From NCBI GenBank assembly GCA_963777605.1, contig CAVZRV010000027.1, forward strand, positions 64,001-128,000: DNA of 64,000 nt. Reading direction: 5' to 3'. The notes under the pieces are model-generated. The model was not told where the DNA came from and did no database searches. It worked only from the letters and a program-made list of their open reading frames with translations. This DNA comes from an uncultured Acidobacteriota bacterium. Its GTDB lineage: Bacteria; Acidobacteriota; UBA6911; RPQK01; JAPXNP01. Shown in pieces: positions 32,271 through 44,630 of this stretch. Positions within the stretch are counted from its first letter, which is position 1, and every line of letters begins with the position of its first letter. A program made the position numbers and the translations under genes.

Positions 32271-32927
32271 CTATTCCCCTCCCCGACCTTGCACCGGCTC
32301 ATTCCGGTCCAACGCCCGGTACACTTCTTCCAGGAATCGGCTCAAGGCCGCAGGATCCTTGCGTCCGGGAGAGGACTCCACCCCGGAACAAACATCGACC
32401 CCTGCCGGGTCGAGGAACCAGATTGCTTCGGCCACGTTTGCCGGAGTCAAGCCACCGGAGAGGATGTACCGGCGACGAACGCTTCGAAGCGCGTCCCAAT
32501 CCGCCTGCTTGCCACTTCCCCAGGAACTGTCCACGATCACTTCGCTGTTGGGAAAATCACCAATTTCTCCCGGTTCAACCGCCACCAGAACCCGGCCTGG
32601 GAAACGGGGGACCTGTTCAGGTCCGGCAACTCGGTGAACCTGCACCCCCTGAAGAAACCGCCCGAACTCGATCGGGATCTCCGGAAACGGCTCTCCAAGA
32701 ACGACAATCCCGAAGTTCAGAATTCCCGGCGGCACCTGTTTGACAATTTGGGCTGCGGCTTCGGGACTCAGATACCGCTTGCTCCTGGGATAAAAGTTGA
32801 AACCCAGAGCATTGGCTCCCTGTTCGACCGCCATAAAGGCGTCTTCCACGGTGGTGATGCCGCACACCTTGACCAGAAAGCGGGCGGGATCGATCAGCCT
32901 GGATGGAGTCGCACTATCGACGGTCAC
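32271..32927 (-). CDS. trpF: Phosphoribosylanthranilate isomerase
   Basis: VKVCGIT, ILSGGLTPANV, GVDVCSGVE. Confidence 0.95.
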   Translation of the reverse strand: MTVDSATPSRLIDPARFLVKVCGITTVEDAFMAVEQGANALGFNFYPRSKRYLSPEAAAQIVKQVPPGILNFGIVVLGEPFPEIPIEFGRFLQGVQVHRVAGPEQVPRFPGRVLVAVEPGEIGDFPNSEVIVDSSWGSGKQADWDALRSVRRRYILSGGLTPANVAEAIWFLDPAGVDVCSGVESSPGRKDPAALSRFLEEVYRALDRNEPVQGRGGE

Positions 32928-32938
32928 GAGATTCCCTT

Positions 32939-33931
32939 TCAGCTCGAATAAAACTCCACCAACTGATCCAGCTTCCTGCGAGCTGCTCCTCCAAGGAGCG
33001 AATCCTCGACCATCTCGGTGCAGCGCGACAAGGCGAAGCCGGTAGACACGTGAACGGTAACGGCCGCGTTAAGGATCACGACTTCACGAGCGGGCCCCGT
33101 GACCGAACCGTTGAGCAAGCCTCGAATCAGGAGAGCGTTCTCGGCGGGAGTCCCTCCCTCGGGTACCGCCAACCGTGCCAGGACCGGGCTGAACTCAAAA
33201 CTGGCGCACGACTCGTCTTCCACCCGGCAAACCAAAGACGGCGCCGAAATCGAGAGCTCGTCCAACCCGTCCAGCCCGTGCACCACCCAGGCTCTCCGAC
33301 ATCCCAACTTGAGCAGTGCCCCGGCCAGTTTTCGAGTCAATTCGGGGGCGTAGACTCCAACGACCTGGTAAGGCGCCGAAGCCGGGTTGGTCAACGGCCC
33401 CAGCATGTTGAAGATGGTCTTGCGACCAAGCTCCCGTCGAATGCGGGCTACCCGCTTCATTGCCGGGTGATAGACCGGGGCGAACAGGAAACAGATACCC
33501 AACTCCTCCAGGGCTCCCTCCGAAACCGAAACCGGGCAATCAATCTTCACCCCGAGTTCCTGGAGGACATCGGCACTGCCCGAGCGGGACGTGATCGCAC
33601 GGTTGCCGTGCTTTGCAACAGCAACACCCGCTCCCGCCGCAACCAGGGCCGCCGCGGTCGAAATATTGAACGAGGGCCTCCCGCCGCCCGTCCCAGCCGT
33701 GTCTACAACCGCCTCTCGGCTGGTTCGGACCCGCACGGCCAGTTCCCTCATCACTCGGGCAAATCCGGTAATCTCGGCATCGCACTCCCCTTTGTCACCC
33801 AGCGCTACAAGGAATGAAGCAATCACTTCGTCCTTTGTATCCAGACAGAGAATCGCCCGGAGAGCGGCCTCGGCCTGGTCTTCGTCCAAGTCAACCCTGT
33901 CGAGGACCTGGCGTGTCAGTTCGTCAAGCAT
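32939..33931 (-). CDS. trpD: Anthranilate phosphoribosyltransferase
   Basis: DTAGTGG, FNIST, KHGNR..S.SGSAD, GLDE. Confidence 0.96.
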   Translation of the reverse strand: MLDELTRQVLDRVDLDEDQAEAALRAILCLDTKDEVIASFLVALGDKGECDAEITGFARVMRELAVRVRTSREAVVDTAGTGGGRPSFNISTAAALVAAGAGVAVAKHGNRAITSRSGSADVLQELGVKIDCPVSVSEGALEELGICFLFAPVYHPAMKRVARIRRELGRKTIFNMLGPLTNPASAPYQVVGVYAPELTRKLAGALLKLGCRRAWVVHGLDGLDELSISAPSLVCRVEDESCASFEFSPVLARLAVPEGGTPAENALLIRGLLNGSVTGPAREVVILNAAVTVHVSTGFALSRCTEMVEDSLLGGAARRKLDQLVEFYSS

Positions 33932-34500
33932 AGAAAGTTCCCCAGAAGCTTCTTTCCTTCGGGAGTCATAATCGACTCGGGGTGGAACTGGACACCGTAA
34001 ACAGCGAACTGTCGGTGCCGGAGCCCCATGATCGTCCCGTCATCAGTCCAGGCAGTAACCTCCAGGCAGTCAGGAAGCGTCTCCCGCTCCACGACCAGCG
34101 AGTGATACCGGGTCGCTTCAAACGGATTGTCAAGGCCGGCCAGGATTCCCGATCCTTCATGTCGGATCCACGACGTTTTTCCGTGCATGAGGTGATCCGC
34201 CCGGCGGACAACCCCTCCGAATGCCTCGCCGATGGCCTGGTGTCCCAGGCAGACCCCCAAAATGGGCACATTATCCGCAAATCGACGAATGATCTCAATC
34301 GAAAGACCGGCATCGGACGGAGTCCCCGGCCCGGGCGAGATGACGATTCGATCCGGCGCCACTTCCGGGATTCTCCCGAGTTCGAGCTCGTCGTTGCGGT
34401 ACACCGCCACCCCCGCCCCGAGTTCACCGAGATACTGGCACAGGTTGTAGGTGAAACTATCGTAGTTGTCGATGACAAGCACGCTGGGTTGTTTATTCAT
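33916..34500 (-). CDS. trpG: Anthranilate synthase component II (glutamine amidotransferase)
   Basis: [31 protein letters not shown]. Confidence 0.96.
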   Translation of the reverse strand: MNKQPSVLVIDNYDSFTYNLCQYLGELGAGVAVYRNDELELGRIPEVAPDRIVISPGPGTPSDAGLSIEIIRRFADNVPILGVCLGHQAIGEAFGGVVRRADHLMHGKTSWIRHEGSGILAGLDNPFEATRYHSLVVERETLPDCLEVTAWTDDGTIMGLRHRQFAVYGVQFHPESIMTPEGKKLLGNFLCLTN

Positions 34501-34509
34501 GGGCTTTGA

Positions 34510-34602
34510 GGTTCCTGGTTCCTGGTTCCTGGAACTAATTCTCGATCCCCGCTTCTCGCTTCCCGATTCAGTTGGCTTCGCATTTCGCACTTTGCACTTT
34601 GC
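34510..34602. repeat. Heptamer repeats between trpE and trpG: (GGTTCCT)x3 and TT(C/T)GCA(C/T) units
   Basis: Direct reading. Confidence 0.8.
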
Positions 34603-35980
34603 TAAAGTTTCTCCGCCAGAAGAACGGCCTGGACCAAGGCCTTTGCCTTGTTATGGCACTCCATGTCTTCCCGCTCCGGGATGGAATCGGCAACAATGCC
34701 GGCACCGGCCTGAAACAGCGCTTTTCCTTCCCGCAACTCAACCGTCCGTATCGCGATACAAGTGTCCAGGTTCCCGGAGTAATCGAGGTACCCGATCGCT
34801 CCCGCATAGACCCCGCGATGCCTGGGTTCCAGTTCCTCGATGATCTCCATCGCACGGATCTTCGGTGCGCCGGAGACCGTTCCGGCAGGAAAGCAGGCCG
34901 CCAGGGCATCGAATCGATCCAGTCCTTCGCGCAGCCGCCCCTTGAGCGAACTCACGAGGTGCATGACATGGGAGTAACGCTCGACGAACATGAAGCGTTC
35001 GACCCGGACGTCACCATAGTTACTGACCCGTCCCAGGTCGTTGCGACCCAGGTCGACAAGCATGAGGTGCTCGGCTTTTTCCTTTTCGTCGGCCAGCAGC
35101 TCCCGCTCCAGCCGATCGTCCGAGTCCTGGTCCAAGCCTCGCCCCCGGGTGCCGGCAATCGGACGGTACTCCAGTTCCCGGCCCTCAACCCGCAACAACA
35201 TCTCCGGCGATGCACCGGCGATGCAACTCCCTGCCCGCTTGATGAAGAACATGTAAGGAGACGGGTTAATGTATCGAAGCGCCCGGTAGACGCTGAATGG
35301 ATCTCCCGAATAGTCCATTTCAAAGGAATTTGCCAGCACGACCTGGAAGATGTCTCCCGCCCGGATGTGCTCCTTGGCTCTCTCGACAGCATCACAAAAC
35401 GTCGGGGGCGCCAGTGCGGAGAGAACTCGGCCGGGAGGCATCGCGAGCCCAAACGCGTTAGAAGCGGCATCCGGGCCCGTCGGGGGGGGGCCCAATGATT
35501 CTCGGTACCGTGACGGATGTATTCCTGGACCGAGACCTGGTTGAGCCGCGTCTCGATCTCGTTGACCTTGTCCATCCCCTCGTGCGACATGATCACGATT
35601 TGGTGCTTGATGTGGTCGAATGCGAGGACAGTGGAGTAAAAATCCATCTGAACCGACGGATCGAGAACGTCCCCAGGGTGAAGGTTCGGCAACCGTTCCA
35701 GCTCACGGATCATGTTGTACGAGAAGCACCCGACCGCGCCTCCGGCGAAAGGGGGGAGTCCGGGGTGGGCCGGCTGGATCTCGGGGAAGGACTTTCGAAA
35801 ATCGGCCAGCGTGCCGGAGAACCCTTGCATCGGGTCCACTCCGATGAAGGAGTAGCGGGCGATCCGCTCACCACCTTCGACCGACTCCAGGAGGAATGCG
35901 CTCGAACTCTCCCCGGCAACTCGAAGGTACGCGGAGACCGGGGTCAACATATCTGCGAGAACCGTTTTGTGATTAATCAT
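34602..35980 (-). CDS. trpE: Anthranilate synthase component I, split by a one-base frameshift in a C9 run (G9 at 35482-35490)
   Basis: N-part [15 protein letters not shown] in one frame; C-part [38 protein letters not shown] in another. Confidence 0.93.
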
Positions 35981-36081
35981 TTCGTCCCAATTGCCTCAGA
36001 TCGCTGTTCGCTTCGTCTCACGAGTACGCCCCCGGAATTGATCAATCACACTGCCTATTCGTCCACCCGATTGCATACCTC

Positions 36082-36129
36082 ACAAAAAGAAAAAGGCCGT
36101 GAAGAACTGTTATCTTCACGGCCCCTTTT
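36082..36129 (-). terminator. Rho-independent attenuator terminator upstream of trpE
   Basis: Minus strand GGCCGTGAAGA-TAACAGT-TCTTCACGGCC followed by TTTTTCTTTTTG. Confidence 0.85.
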
Positions 36130-36186
36130 TCGATTGACTTTCTCTACTTCAGGTTACATAAGATCGACAGTCCTCAGGCGAGGATG

Positions 36187-36228
36187 TCAGCTGCACCACC
36201 AACGCCAGAGAAAGTTGTCTAATCTCAT
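36187..36228 (-). CDS. trpL: trp operon leader peptide MRLDNFLWRWWCS
   Basis: 13-aa ORF with 3 Trp codons, GGGAAG upstream, ~60 nt before the terminator. Confidence 0.88.
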   Translation of the reverse strand: MRLDNFLWRWWCS

Positions 36229-36296
36229 GATCTTCCCGAATTCGGAGTGTAGCACAGTTATTCTGACAGAGGCAATCGACAATCCGATCGACGGTC

Positions 36297-37619
36297 CTAT
36301 CCCTGGCTCATCGAGCCGAGAAACTCCTCGTTGCTGCGCGTCTTGGCCAGCTTGTCGAGGAGCAGTTCCATCGACTCGGTCACCGACAGAGGATTCAGCA
36401 CCTTGCGCAGGACCCAGACCCTATTGAGGGTCGCTTCGTCGAGAAGGAGCTCTTCCTTTCGCGTGCCGGAACGATTGATGTCGATGGCGGGGAAAATGCG
36501 CTTGTCAACCAGTCTCCGGTCGAGAACGAGTTCCATGTTGCCCGTGCCCTTGAACTCTTCGAAGATGACATCGTCCATCCGGCTCCCGGTATCAATGAGG
36601 GCCGTCGCCATGATCGTCAGGCTGCCCCCTTCCTCCAGGTTTCGGGCCGCGCCGAAGAAACGCTTCGGGCGCTGCAGGGCATTGGAATCGACACCGCCCG
36701 AAAGCACCTTACCGGAGGGTGGGACGACCGTGTTGTAGGCTCGTGCCAGGCGAGTTATAGAATCAAGCAGGATCACCACGTCCTTCTTGTGCTCGACCAG
36801 GCGCTTGGCTTTCTCCAGTACCATCTCGGCCACCTGGACGTGACGAGAGGCAGGTTCGTCAAATGTGGAGCTGACGACTTCACCGTTAACCGACCGGAGC
36901 ATGTCGGTGACTTCTTCAGGCCGCTCGTCGATAAGGAGAACGATCAGAACGATTTCCGGGTGGTTGTGTTCGATGGAATGGGCAATGCTCTGGAGAATCA
37001 TCGTCTTGCCGGCCCGGGGCGGAGAAACGATCAGTCCGCGCTGTCCCTTTCCGATCGGGTTCATCAGATCCATTACTCGACCGGTCAGGTTCTCCCCCTC
37101 GGTTTCGAGCTTGATCCGCTCTTCGGGATAAAGAGGAGTCAAATTCTCGAAAAAGGTCCGGTCGCGGGCCACTTCCGGGTGTTCAAAATTGATCGCTTCC
37201 ACCTTGATCAAGGCGAAATACCGCTCTCCATCCTTGGGAGGACGAACCTGGCCCGAGACAGTGTCACCGGTTCGAAGGTCGAACTTCCGGATCTGGGATG
37301 GAGAAACGTAAATATCGTCGGGACCGGGGAGGTAGTTGTACTCAGGGGCCCGCAGGAACCCAAAGCCATCGGGCAGAGTCTCGAGCACCCCCTCGGAGAA
37401 GATAAGGCCGCTCCGCTCGGTCTGCGCCTTCAGGATCTGGAATATCAGTTCCTGTTTCCGCATTCCGGCGGCACCCTCGATTTCAAGACCCCTCGACACC
37501 TTGTTGAGGTTCTGGATGCTCATCTCCTTGAGTTCCTGGATGTTCAGAGCATCTCCGTTGTCTTTCGAATTCTTCTTCTTTGATTTGACTTCGTTCTTTG
37601 GTTCCGTTGCTTCAGCCAT
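36297..37619 (-). CDS. rho: Transcription termination factor Rho
   Basis: [21 protein letters not shown]...[20 protein letters not shown]. Confidence 0.99.
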   Translation of the reverse strand: MAEATEPKNEVKSKKKNSKDNGDALNIQELKEMSIQNLNKVSRGLEIEGAAGMRKQELIFQILKAQTERSGLIFSEGVLETLPDGFGFLRAPEYNYLPGPDDIYVSPSQIRKFDLRTGDTVSGQVRPPKDGERYFALIKVEAINFEHPEVARDRTFFENLTPLYPEERIKLETEGENLTGRVMDLMNPIGKGQRGLIVSPPRAGKTMILQSIAHSIEHNHPEIVLIVLLIDERPEEVTDMLRSVNGEVVSSTFDEPASRHVQVAEMVLEKAKRLVEHKKDVVILLDSITRLARAYNTVVPPSGKVLSGGVDSNALQRPKRFFGAARNLEEGGSLTIMATALIDTGSRMDDVIFEEFKGTGNMELVLDRRLVDKRIFPAIDINRSGTRKEELLLDEATLNRVWVLRKVLNPLSVTESMELLLDKLAKTRSNEEFLGSMSQG

Positions 37620-37678
37620 AAATCCACCTCGAGCAAGGTACGGGCCCGGCCTCGATCGCCGCAGGTCCGCGTCAACTT

Positions 37679-38260
37679 TCACTCCGTTTGTTCAATCACG
37701 CGCCAAAGGTCCTGCTTGCCGTCCCCATCCGTCGACGAGAACGGAAGCACCGATTCCACAGAGAGACACTTGGATATCGAACGGATGGCCGGTTCGCGGC
37801 GACCTCTCGACAGCTTGTCGATCTTGGTTGCGGCCACCACAAAGGGCACGTCCACTCCCCTCAGGTATTCCACCATCTTCTGGTCCAGAACCGTCGGCTC
37901 ATGGCGAGCATCGACGATGATCACCGCCAATCTCAAACCGGTAGAATGCTCGAAGAACTCTTCGATCATCGGTCCCCATTTCGAACGAATTCGCTGAGGA
38001 ACCTTGGCGAAACCATAACCGGGGAGATCAACGAACACCCATTTTTCTTCAACCGAAAAGAAGTTGATCAGCTGGGTTCGACCTGGCGTAGAACTCGTCC
38101 GGGCCAAGCCCTTCTTCCCAACCAGCCGGTTGATTAAGCTCGACTTGCCGACATTGGAACGCCCGGCAAAGGCGATGACAGGCAACGTCATTGCCGGGTA
38201 TTCTTCTTTTCGGGTAGCACTCTTAATGAAGCGGGCGACTCGCAAGACGTCCGTTTCCAA
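37679..38260 (-). CDS. engB: Ribosome biogenesis GTPase YihA/YsxC
   Basis: [19 protein letters not shown]. Confidence 0.96.
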   Translation of the reverse strand: METDVLRVARFIKSATRKEEYPAMTLPVIAFAGRSNVGKSSLINRLVGKKGLARTSSTPGRTQLINFFSVEEKWVFVDLPGYGFAKVPQRIRSKWGPMIEEFFEHSTGLRLAVIIVDARHEPTVLDQKMVEYLRGVDVPFVVAATKIDKLSRGRREPAIRSISKCLSVESVLPFSSTDGDGKQDLWRVIEQTE

Positions 38261-38293
38261 GAGTCGCGGAAAGTGACAACACCTTACCGAGAC

Positions 38294-40747
38294 TCAATGA
38301 ACACCGGGCCGGTTGCCCTCATCCGAGGGGATTACGTCCGGTGGCTGTGTCTCCTGGAAATCCTCGGAATCTGCCGGTGGGTTCTTGTGCTTGGAACCCG
38401 ACCTGATCGGTCGCTCCAGAGCAAGTTCCAGGACTTCCTCCATCGTTTCGACCAGGGCTATCTTCAAATTGGACAACACGGGCTCGGGGATGTCCCTCAG
38501 GTCCTTCTCATTGTCTTTCGGCAATATGACGGTCTTGATACCGGCCCGGTGGGCAGCCAGAATCTTCTCCTTGACACCACCGATCGGCAGCACTTTACCA
38601 CGCAAGGTGATCTCACCCGTCATTGCCACGTCCCGACGAACCGGAATTCCGGAAAGCGCCGACACGATCGTTGTGGCCAATGTGATACCCGCTGACGGAC
38701 CATCCTTCGGGATCGCCCCCTCCGGGACGTGCACGTGCATGTCCTTCAGCTTGTAAAACTCCTTCTTCAGTCCAAACTCATCACTGCGCGACCGCACGAA
38801 CGAAAGAGCGGCACGGGCCGACTCTTGCATCACGTCACCCAGTTTTCCGGTCAACTGAAGATCTCCCTTGCCGTCCATCGTGGTCGCCTCAGTCAACAGA
38901 ACTTCACCGCCGACCTCCGTCCAGGCCAGACCGGTCGCCAATCCAACTTCGCTCGACTCTGACGCCAACTGCTGGCGGTAGCGCTTGACGCCGAGAAGAT
39001 CGTTGATCGTGGCCGGTTCGACAACATATTTCTCGGCTCCCAGTTCCCGGCTGACTACCTTCCGGGCAACCTTTCTCATCACGTTGCCGATCTCCCGCTC
39101 CAGGTTCCGGACTCCCGACTCGCGGGTGTAGTGCCGGATCAACTCCAGAATCGCATCGTCGGTCACCTCAACCTGCTTGGAGGAAAGGCCTTTCAGTTCC
39201 AACTGCTTGGGCGAGAGGAACTGCTTGGCAATGTGCAACTTCTCGATCTCCGTGTATCCGGAAATCTCAATGACCTCCATTCGATCGCGAAGCGGCGCCG
39301 GAATCGTGTAGAGCACGTTGGCGGTGCAGATGAAAAGCACCTCGGACAAGTTGAACTCAGTATCGAGGTAATGATCCACGAACGACTGGTTGTGCTCCGG
39401 ATCGAGCACCTCCATCAGGGCCGCCGACGGATCGCCCCGGAAATCGGTGCTCATCTTGTCAATTTCATCGAGCAAGAACACCGGGTTGCGGGCTCCTGCT
39501 TTGCGCATCATCTGAATGATCTGTCCGGGAAGCGCCCCGATGTAGGTCCGGCGGTGCCCCCGAATCTCAGCCTCATCCCGAACTCCACCCAGGGACTGGC
39601 GGACGAACTTGCGTCCCGTAGCCCGGGCAATCGAACGCCCGAGTGAAGTCTTGCCGACTCCGGGCGGCCCCACGAAGCAAAGGATGGAACCCTGGGACGA
39701 CTTCTTCTTGACCTTTCCGAGCAATTGCCGAACAGCCAGAAACTCCAGGATGCGATCCTTCACCTTTTCCAGGCCGTAATGGTCTTCATTGAGAATCACT
39801 TCGGCTCGATTGATATCCCTGAGTTCACGGCTCCGCTTGTTCCACGGCATGGAAATCAACCAGTCGAGGTAAGTGCGGGAAACCGTTGTCTCGGCGCTCA
39901 TCGGAGGCATCTGCTCGAGGCGCTTGATCTCGCCCATCGCCTTTTCGTGGGCGTCCTTGGACATCTTGGCAGCCTCGACCCTTTCCTTCAGTTCCTCGAT
40001 CTCGCTCTTCTCATCGCGACCGAGTTCCTTCTGGATGGCCCGAATCTTCTCATTCAGGTAGTACTCCCGCTGCGCCTTCTCCATCCCCCGCCGGACCCGT
40101 CCCTGAATAGACTTGTCCATCTGGATCTTTTCGATCTCGATCTCGATGAAGTGGATGATCTGGTCCATCCGCTCGGAGGGATCGCCGATCTCAAGCAGGG
40201 TCTGCTTGTCCTCGACCGAGATCGGCAGGTTCGCGGCAATAGTGTCGGCGAGGCGCTCCGTCTCGGTGTTTTTGATCGCCTGGAGAATGGCCTCGTGATT
40301 GATGTTCGGGTTGAGCTTGGCAAACTCTTCGAACTGGAGGGTCAAGCGCTTGGTCAGCAGGCTCATCTTGGCCTGGGAAACTTTCGGGGTGGGGTCGAAT
40401 TCAACCACCGCCTCAAGGCACCCTTCCTCTTCGCGAATTTCGAGGGTTCGGGCACGGCGAATCCCTTCCACCAGCACCCGGATGTTGCCGTCCGGGAGCT
40501 TCAGGCTCTGGGCGATGGTCGCCACCGTTCCCACCTCATAAATGTCGGAAGACTTCGGATTGTCCTGGGAAGCGTCCTTCTGGGTAGCGAGATAGATCTT
40601 TTTGTCCCCCATCAATGCCTTCTCGAGGGCACGGACCGATGAGAGACGACCAATCACGAACGGGACCATCATGTATGGAAACACCACCACGTCCCGAATG
40701 GGAACCATGGGGTAAACATTTCTTTCGTCTTGGCGGATATCTGTCAT
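38294..40747 (-). CDS. lon: ATP-dependent protease La
   Basis: [32 protein letters not shown]. Confidence 0.99.
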   Translation of the reverse strand: MTDIRQDERNVYPMVPIRDVVVFPYMMVPFVIGRLSSVRALEKALMGDKKIYLATQKDASQDNPKSSDIYEVGTVATIAQSLKLPDGNIRVLVEGIRRARTLEIREEEGCLEAVVEFDPTPKVSQAKMSLLTKRLTLQFEEFAKLNPNINHEAILQAIKNTETERLADTIAANLPISVEDKQTLLEIGDPSERMDQIIHFIEIEIEKIQMDKSIQGRVRRGMEKAQREYYLNEKIRAIQKELGRDEKSEIEELKERVEAAKMSKDAHEKAMGEIKRLEQMPPMSAETTVSRTYLDWLISMPWNKRSRELRDINRAEVILNEDHYGLEKVKDRILEFLAVRQLLGKVKKKSSQGSILCFVGPPGVGKTSLGRSIARATGRKFVRQSLGGVRDEAEIRGHRRTYIGALPGQIIQMMRKAGARNPVFLLDEIDKMSTDFRGDPSAALMEVLDPEHNQSFVDHYLDTEFNLSEVLFICTANVLYTIPAPLRDRMEVIEISGYTEIEKLHIAKQFLSPKQLELKGLSSKQVEVTDDAILELIRHYTRESGVRNLEREIGNVMRKVARKVVSRELGAEKYVVEPATINDLLGVKRYRQQLASESSEVGLATGLAWTEVGGEVLLTEATTMDGKGDLQLTGKLGDVMQESARAALSFVRSRSDEFGLKKEFYKLKDMHVHVPEGAIPKDGPSAGITLATTIVSALSGIPVRRDVAMTGEITLRGKVLPIGGVKEKILAAHRAGIKTVILPKDNEKDLRDIPEPVLSNLKIALVETMEEVLELALERPIRSGSKHKNPPADSEDFQETQPPDVIPSDEGNRPGVH

Positions 40748-40902
40748 ATCTTTATCAATCGTGGGATTAGGTTTCGCCCCTTAGGATGCATTCGCACGTT
40801 CAAGTGTTTCAGCGCTTGTGCCCTTGGCCTGTCTGACTTGGAATTTCAGGAGTGACTGCCGGGAGACCGACCGGATCCAATCCGAGGGTCCCAGGACAGG
40901 GC

Positions 40903-42144
40903 CTATCCGGCCTTCTCGAGCAACTTGAAGACGACGTCCTTATTTTCCACCATCTCCCGCGAGACGACAAATTCCTTCACCTTGGTGGTCGAGGGCAATT
41001 CGTACATCAAGTCCAACATAAGATCTTCCATGATCATGCGCAAGCCGCGAGCTCCGATTTTCCGCTCGATGGCCAATTCCGCCATGGCACGCAAAGCGTC
41101 ATCCGTGAACTTGAGTGCCACGTTCTCAAACTCAAACATCCTCTGGTACTGCTTCACCAGGGAATTCTTCGGCCTGGTAAGGATCTGAACGAGTGCATCC
41201 ACATCGAGCTCGTGGAGTGCGCTCATGATAGGCAACCGACCCACAAATTCGGGAATGAGTCCGTACTTGATCAAGTCCTCCGGCAAGACATGCGCCAAGG
41301 TCTCTGATTCTCCGAGGTTCTTCCAGAAATTCTCGGAAAGATTGGTACCAAACCCGATTCCGTTGCGCCCGAGGCGGCGCTTGATGATCTTGTCCAGCCC
41401 CACGAAAGCCCCGCCACAGACGAACAGAATGTTGGTCGTGTCGATCTGGACAAATTCCTGATGGGGGTGCTTGCGTCCACCCTGCGGCGGAACGTTCGCT
41501 ACCGTCCCCTCGAGAATCTTCAGGAGTGCCTGCTGAACACCTTCCCCCGAGACATCCCGGGTGATCGACGGGTTCTCATCTTTACGGGAGATCTTGTCTA
41601 TCTCGTCGATATAGATGATGCCCTGCATGCAACGTTCCCGGTCGCCACCGGCAGCCTGCAACAGCTTGAGAATGATGTTCTCGACATCTTCCCCGACATA
41701 CCCGGCCTCGGTCAGCGTCGTGGCGTCAACAATTGCGAAGGGCACCGACAACATCCTGGCGAGCGTCTGAGCCAGCAGAGTCTTCCCCGTGCCGGTCGGT
41801 CCAATCAGGAGAACGTTACTCTTGGAGAGCTCAACGTCCTGATGACGCCGCTTCCCCATCTTGATTCGTTTGTAGTGGTTGTAGACCGCGACGGAAAGCT
41901 TCTTCTTGGCAAGTTCCTGCCCGATTACAAAGTCGTCCAGAAAACCCTTGATTTCGGCTGGCTTAGGCAGCGTCTCCCGCATCGAGGAGGCTTCTGCGGA
42001 AAAATCGTCGGTGATGATTTCATTACAGACATCGACGCACTCGTCACAGATAAAGACGGTGGGACCCGCAATCAACTTCTTCACATCGTTCTGGCTCTTG
42101 TTACAGAAAGAGCACCTGAGAACGTCTTCACCATCCTTCTTCAA
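40903..42144 (-). CDS. clpX: Clp protease ATP-binding subunit ClpX
   Basis: CSFC zinc finger, [11 protein letters not shown] loop, [10 protein letters not shown]. Confidence 0.99.
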   Translation of the reverse strand: MKKDGEDVLRCSFCNKSQNDVKKLIAGPTVFICDECVDVCNEIITDDFSAEASSMRETLPKPAEIKGFLDDFVIGQELAKKKLSVAVYNHYKRIKMGKRRHQDVELSKSNVLLIGPTGTGKTLLAQTLARMLSVPFAIVDATTLTEAGYVGEDVENIILKLLQAAGGDRERCMQGIIYIDEIDKISRKDENPSITRDVSGEGVQQALLKILEGTVANVPPQGGRKHPHQEFVQIDTTNILFVCGGAFVGLDKIIKRRLGRNGIGFGTNLSENFWKNLGESETLAHVLPEDLIKYGLIPEFVGRLPIMSALHELDVDALVQILTRPKNSLVKQYQRMFEFENVALKFTDDALRAMAELAIERKIGARGLRMIMEDLMLDLMYELPSTTKVKEFVVSREMVENKDVVFKLLEKAG

Positions 42145-42223
42145 CTGAACCCCCTGAAGGCTTTATGATCGCGAATATTATCCCCGCCCCTGGTGACAAG
42201 CGCCCCTGGCACCGGAGCGTCGA

Positions 42224-42811
42224 CTACGTGTGCTTTTCGATGATCTTATCGATAATACCATACTCCAGTGCCTGCTCACCGCCCATAATGTAGTCCCGCT
42301 CGACGTCCTGGCTGATCCGAGAAATGTCCTGTCCGGTGTGCCTGGCAAGGATTTCGTTGGTAATTTCTCTGAGTCTGAGAATCTCCCGTGCGTGGATATC
42401 GATGTCGGTGGCCTGGCCCGACAAACCGGTCATGGCCGGCTGATGAATCAGAATCCGGCTGTGCGGCAGGGCAAAGCGCTTGGAGGCCTCTCCCGCGGCC
42501 AGGAGCAGCGCCCCCATAGAGGCGGCCTGCCCAATGCAGATCGTGTTGACATCGTTCTTCACGAACTGCATCGTGTCGTAGATTGCCAGTCCCGCGGTGA
42601 TCGATCCACCCGGAGAATTGATGTAGAGGTAGATATCCCGGTCGGGATCTTCCGCTTCCAGGAACAGCAACTGGGCAGTCACCAGGTTGGCGATGTTGTC
42701 GTCAATCGGGGTCCCCACGAAGATGATGTTGTCTTTGAGCAGGCGAGAGTAGATATCGTAGGCGCGCTCGCCCCGGTTCGTTTGCTCCACCACCATTGGA
42801 ATCAAGGCCAT
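42224..42811 (-). CDS. clpP: Clp protease proteolytic subunit
   Basis: [24 protein letters not shown]. Confidence 0.99.
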   Translation of the reverse strand: MALIPMVVEQTNRGERAYDIYSRLLKDNIIFVGTPIDDNIANLVTAQLLFLEAEDPDRDIYLYINSPGGSITAGLAIYDTMQFVKNDVNTICIGQAASMGALLLAAGEASKRFALPHSRILIHQPAMTGLSGQATDIDIHAREILRLREITNEILARHTGQDISRISQDVERDYIMGGEQALEYGIIDKIIEKHT

Positions 42812-42856
42812 CGGTTCTATCCTTGTGGGCGGCAACGAGTGAAGTGCCGCATTTGT

Positions 42857-44152
42857 TTATGCGATTTTGGCGCTTTCCACGATTATATCCATTGCACGCC
42901 TGCGCCGCAGAGTTGACTTGACGCCGTCGACTCTTTCCTCATCCCGGAAAAACTGGCGAACCCGTTCCACCGGCTGATTGGTGCTCTGCGCGATTCGATC
43001 ATACTCGTGGTCGAGGTCTTCGTTGGTGATTTCGATCTCTTCCGCTCGCGCAATTTCGTCGAGCAGGAGCTGAATCCGGATTTCCCGCTCGGCTTCCGGA
43101 CGGAGCCGCTCCCGCATCGCCCGCCAGTCGATGTTGGCGCGGACCGGGTCAACACCCCGCCCGGCTATACCGCGAGCCACATCCTGCAACTTGTCGCTGA
43201 GGCGGTCGAGGACGAGGATCTCCGGAAGCTCGAAGGAAACTCCCTCGAAAATCTGGTCGGTCAGGCTCTTGCGTAGTTCGGAATCACTCTCCCGTTCCGC
43301 GTTCGTTTCGAGATCCTTCCGAACCGTTTCCCGAACCTTCTCCATGGAATCGAAACTGCCCAGGTCCTTGGCAAACTCGTCGTTCAGCTCGGGAAGCTCC
43401 TCCTGCTTGATATCGGTAACTTCCACCGTGAAGTTGACCCTGCGCCCGGCAAGCTTCTTCTCGGGATAGTCCTCGTCGTAGGCAACTTCGAAGACCTTCT
43501 CTTCCCCGATATTCATCCCGACGAGGTTCTCACTAAATGCTTTGTGGGTGTCTTCCGATCCGACCTCGACGGCTACTCCCTCTTCCGAGATCGCAACGCC
43601 CGAGGGCGTTCCCTCGACTTCGTCCAGGTACTCCCCCTTAAGATCGACCATAACCCGGTCACCCGTCGCCACTGGGCGATCATCGACGGAGACGAGCTGG
43701 GCGAACTGCTTGCGAAGCTCCTCGAGCCGTGACTCCAGATCTTCGTCGGAAACTTCTTTCTTCACGGCCTCGGCCTTAAGGCCTTTGTAGGTCGGAAGCT
43801 TGATCTCCGGAAGAACCTCGAACTCGGCGTCGTAGGACAGCGGCTTGCCCTCCTCAGCCTCCAGGTTCTGCAGGGTCGGTTCACCAAGTGGTCGAACCTC
43901 TCGGTCCCGAACCGCCTGGTCATAGGAATCCGGAACCAGCTTCCGGATCACTTCTTCCCGGATGTCCCCTGCAAACCTGCGTCTGATCAGGCCGAGCGGG
44001 GCCTTGCCCTTGCGAAATCCCGGAACGCGGACATGATTCTTGTACTCATCTGCGACCCTGGCAAACTCTTGAGTCGCTGCCGCCTCGGGGACTTCCACGT
44101 GAAGGCGTTTTTTGACGCTGCTGACATCTTCGAGCTGAGCGCTAATATCCAT
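42857..44152 (-). CDS. tig: Trigger factor
   Basis: PGFRKGKAP, FKBP-like domain, conserved tig-clpP-clpX-lon order. Confidence 0.96.
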   Translation of the reverse strand: MDISAQLEDVSSVKKRLHVEVPEAAATQEFARVADEYKNHVRVPGFRKGKAPLGLIRRRFAGDIREEVIRKLVPDSYDQAVRDREVRPLGEPTLQNLEAEEGKPLSYDAEFEVLPEIKLPTYKGLKAEAVKKEVSDEDLESRLEELRKQFAQLVSVDDRPVATGDRVMVDLKGEYLDEVEGTPSGVAISEEGVAVEVGSEDTHKAFSENLVGMNIGEEKVFEVAYDEDYPEKKLAGRRVNFTVEVTDIKQEELPELNDEFAKDLGSFDSMEKVRETVRKDLETNAERESDSELRKSLTDQIFEGVSFELPEILVLDRLSDKLQDVARGIAGRGVDPVRANIDWRAMRERLRPEAEREIRIQLLLDEIARAEEIEITNEDLDHEYDRIAQSTNQPVERVRQFFRDEERVDGVKSTLRRRRAMDIIVESAKIA

Positions 44153-44245
44153 CCGCGCTATTGTAGCCAAAACTTGGAGTTGGGATGAAGGAGGCTGAAT
44201 TGACAACCGAATCGGTCAACCTTAGAATGGCGTTCTCAAACAGGT

Positions 44246-44321
44246 GGGCCGCTAGCTCAAGTGGTAGAGCAAGTGACTCTTAATCACTAGGTTCAAGGTT
44301 CGAGTCCTTGGCGGCTCACCA
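44246..44321 (+). tRNA. tRNA-Lys (CTT)
   Basis: GGGCCGC acceptor, D-arm GCTCAAGTGGTAGAGC, anticodon arm AGTGA-CTCTTAA-TCACT, GGTTCGAGTCC, encoded CCA. Confidence 0.97.
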
Positions 44322-44542
44322 ATTCTCCGCTCTCTTCGCTGAGAAGTTTCCCGCCCCTCTCCAGCGCTCACCCGAACTCGCATTTTTCACCGGGGTCCTT
44401 GGCGAGTCGGTGGAATCGAGACGCATCCTGACAACCGACGTTTTTCCACGGGCCGGGAGCGCCCTGGTGTCCAACCCCGGATGGGCGATGGATGAAGGTC
44501 CGGCAACACCCGCACTTGAGCGACCGATAAAGAGCCTCACAG

Positions 44543-44573
44543 GCGAAACCCCCGGTCTGACCGGGGGTTTCGC
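44543..44573. terminator. Perfect GC-rich palindrome between the convergent tRNA and DUF2202 gene
   Basis: GCGAAACCCCCGGTC-T-GACCGGGGGTTTCGC. Confidence 0.65.
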
Positions 44574-44630
44574 AGTTGGTGAACCGCATTGAATTCTCGC
44601 CAGCGGCGCACCTGAAGCATTTAGGGCAAT

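Noticed and set aside
44393-44408. GTCCTTGGCG echo of the tRNA-Lys 3' end as an att site
   Set aside because: It is only a 10-bp match, and there is no integrase or island boundary in the window.
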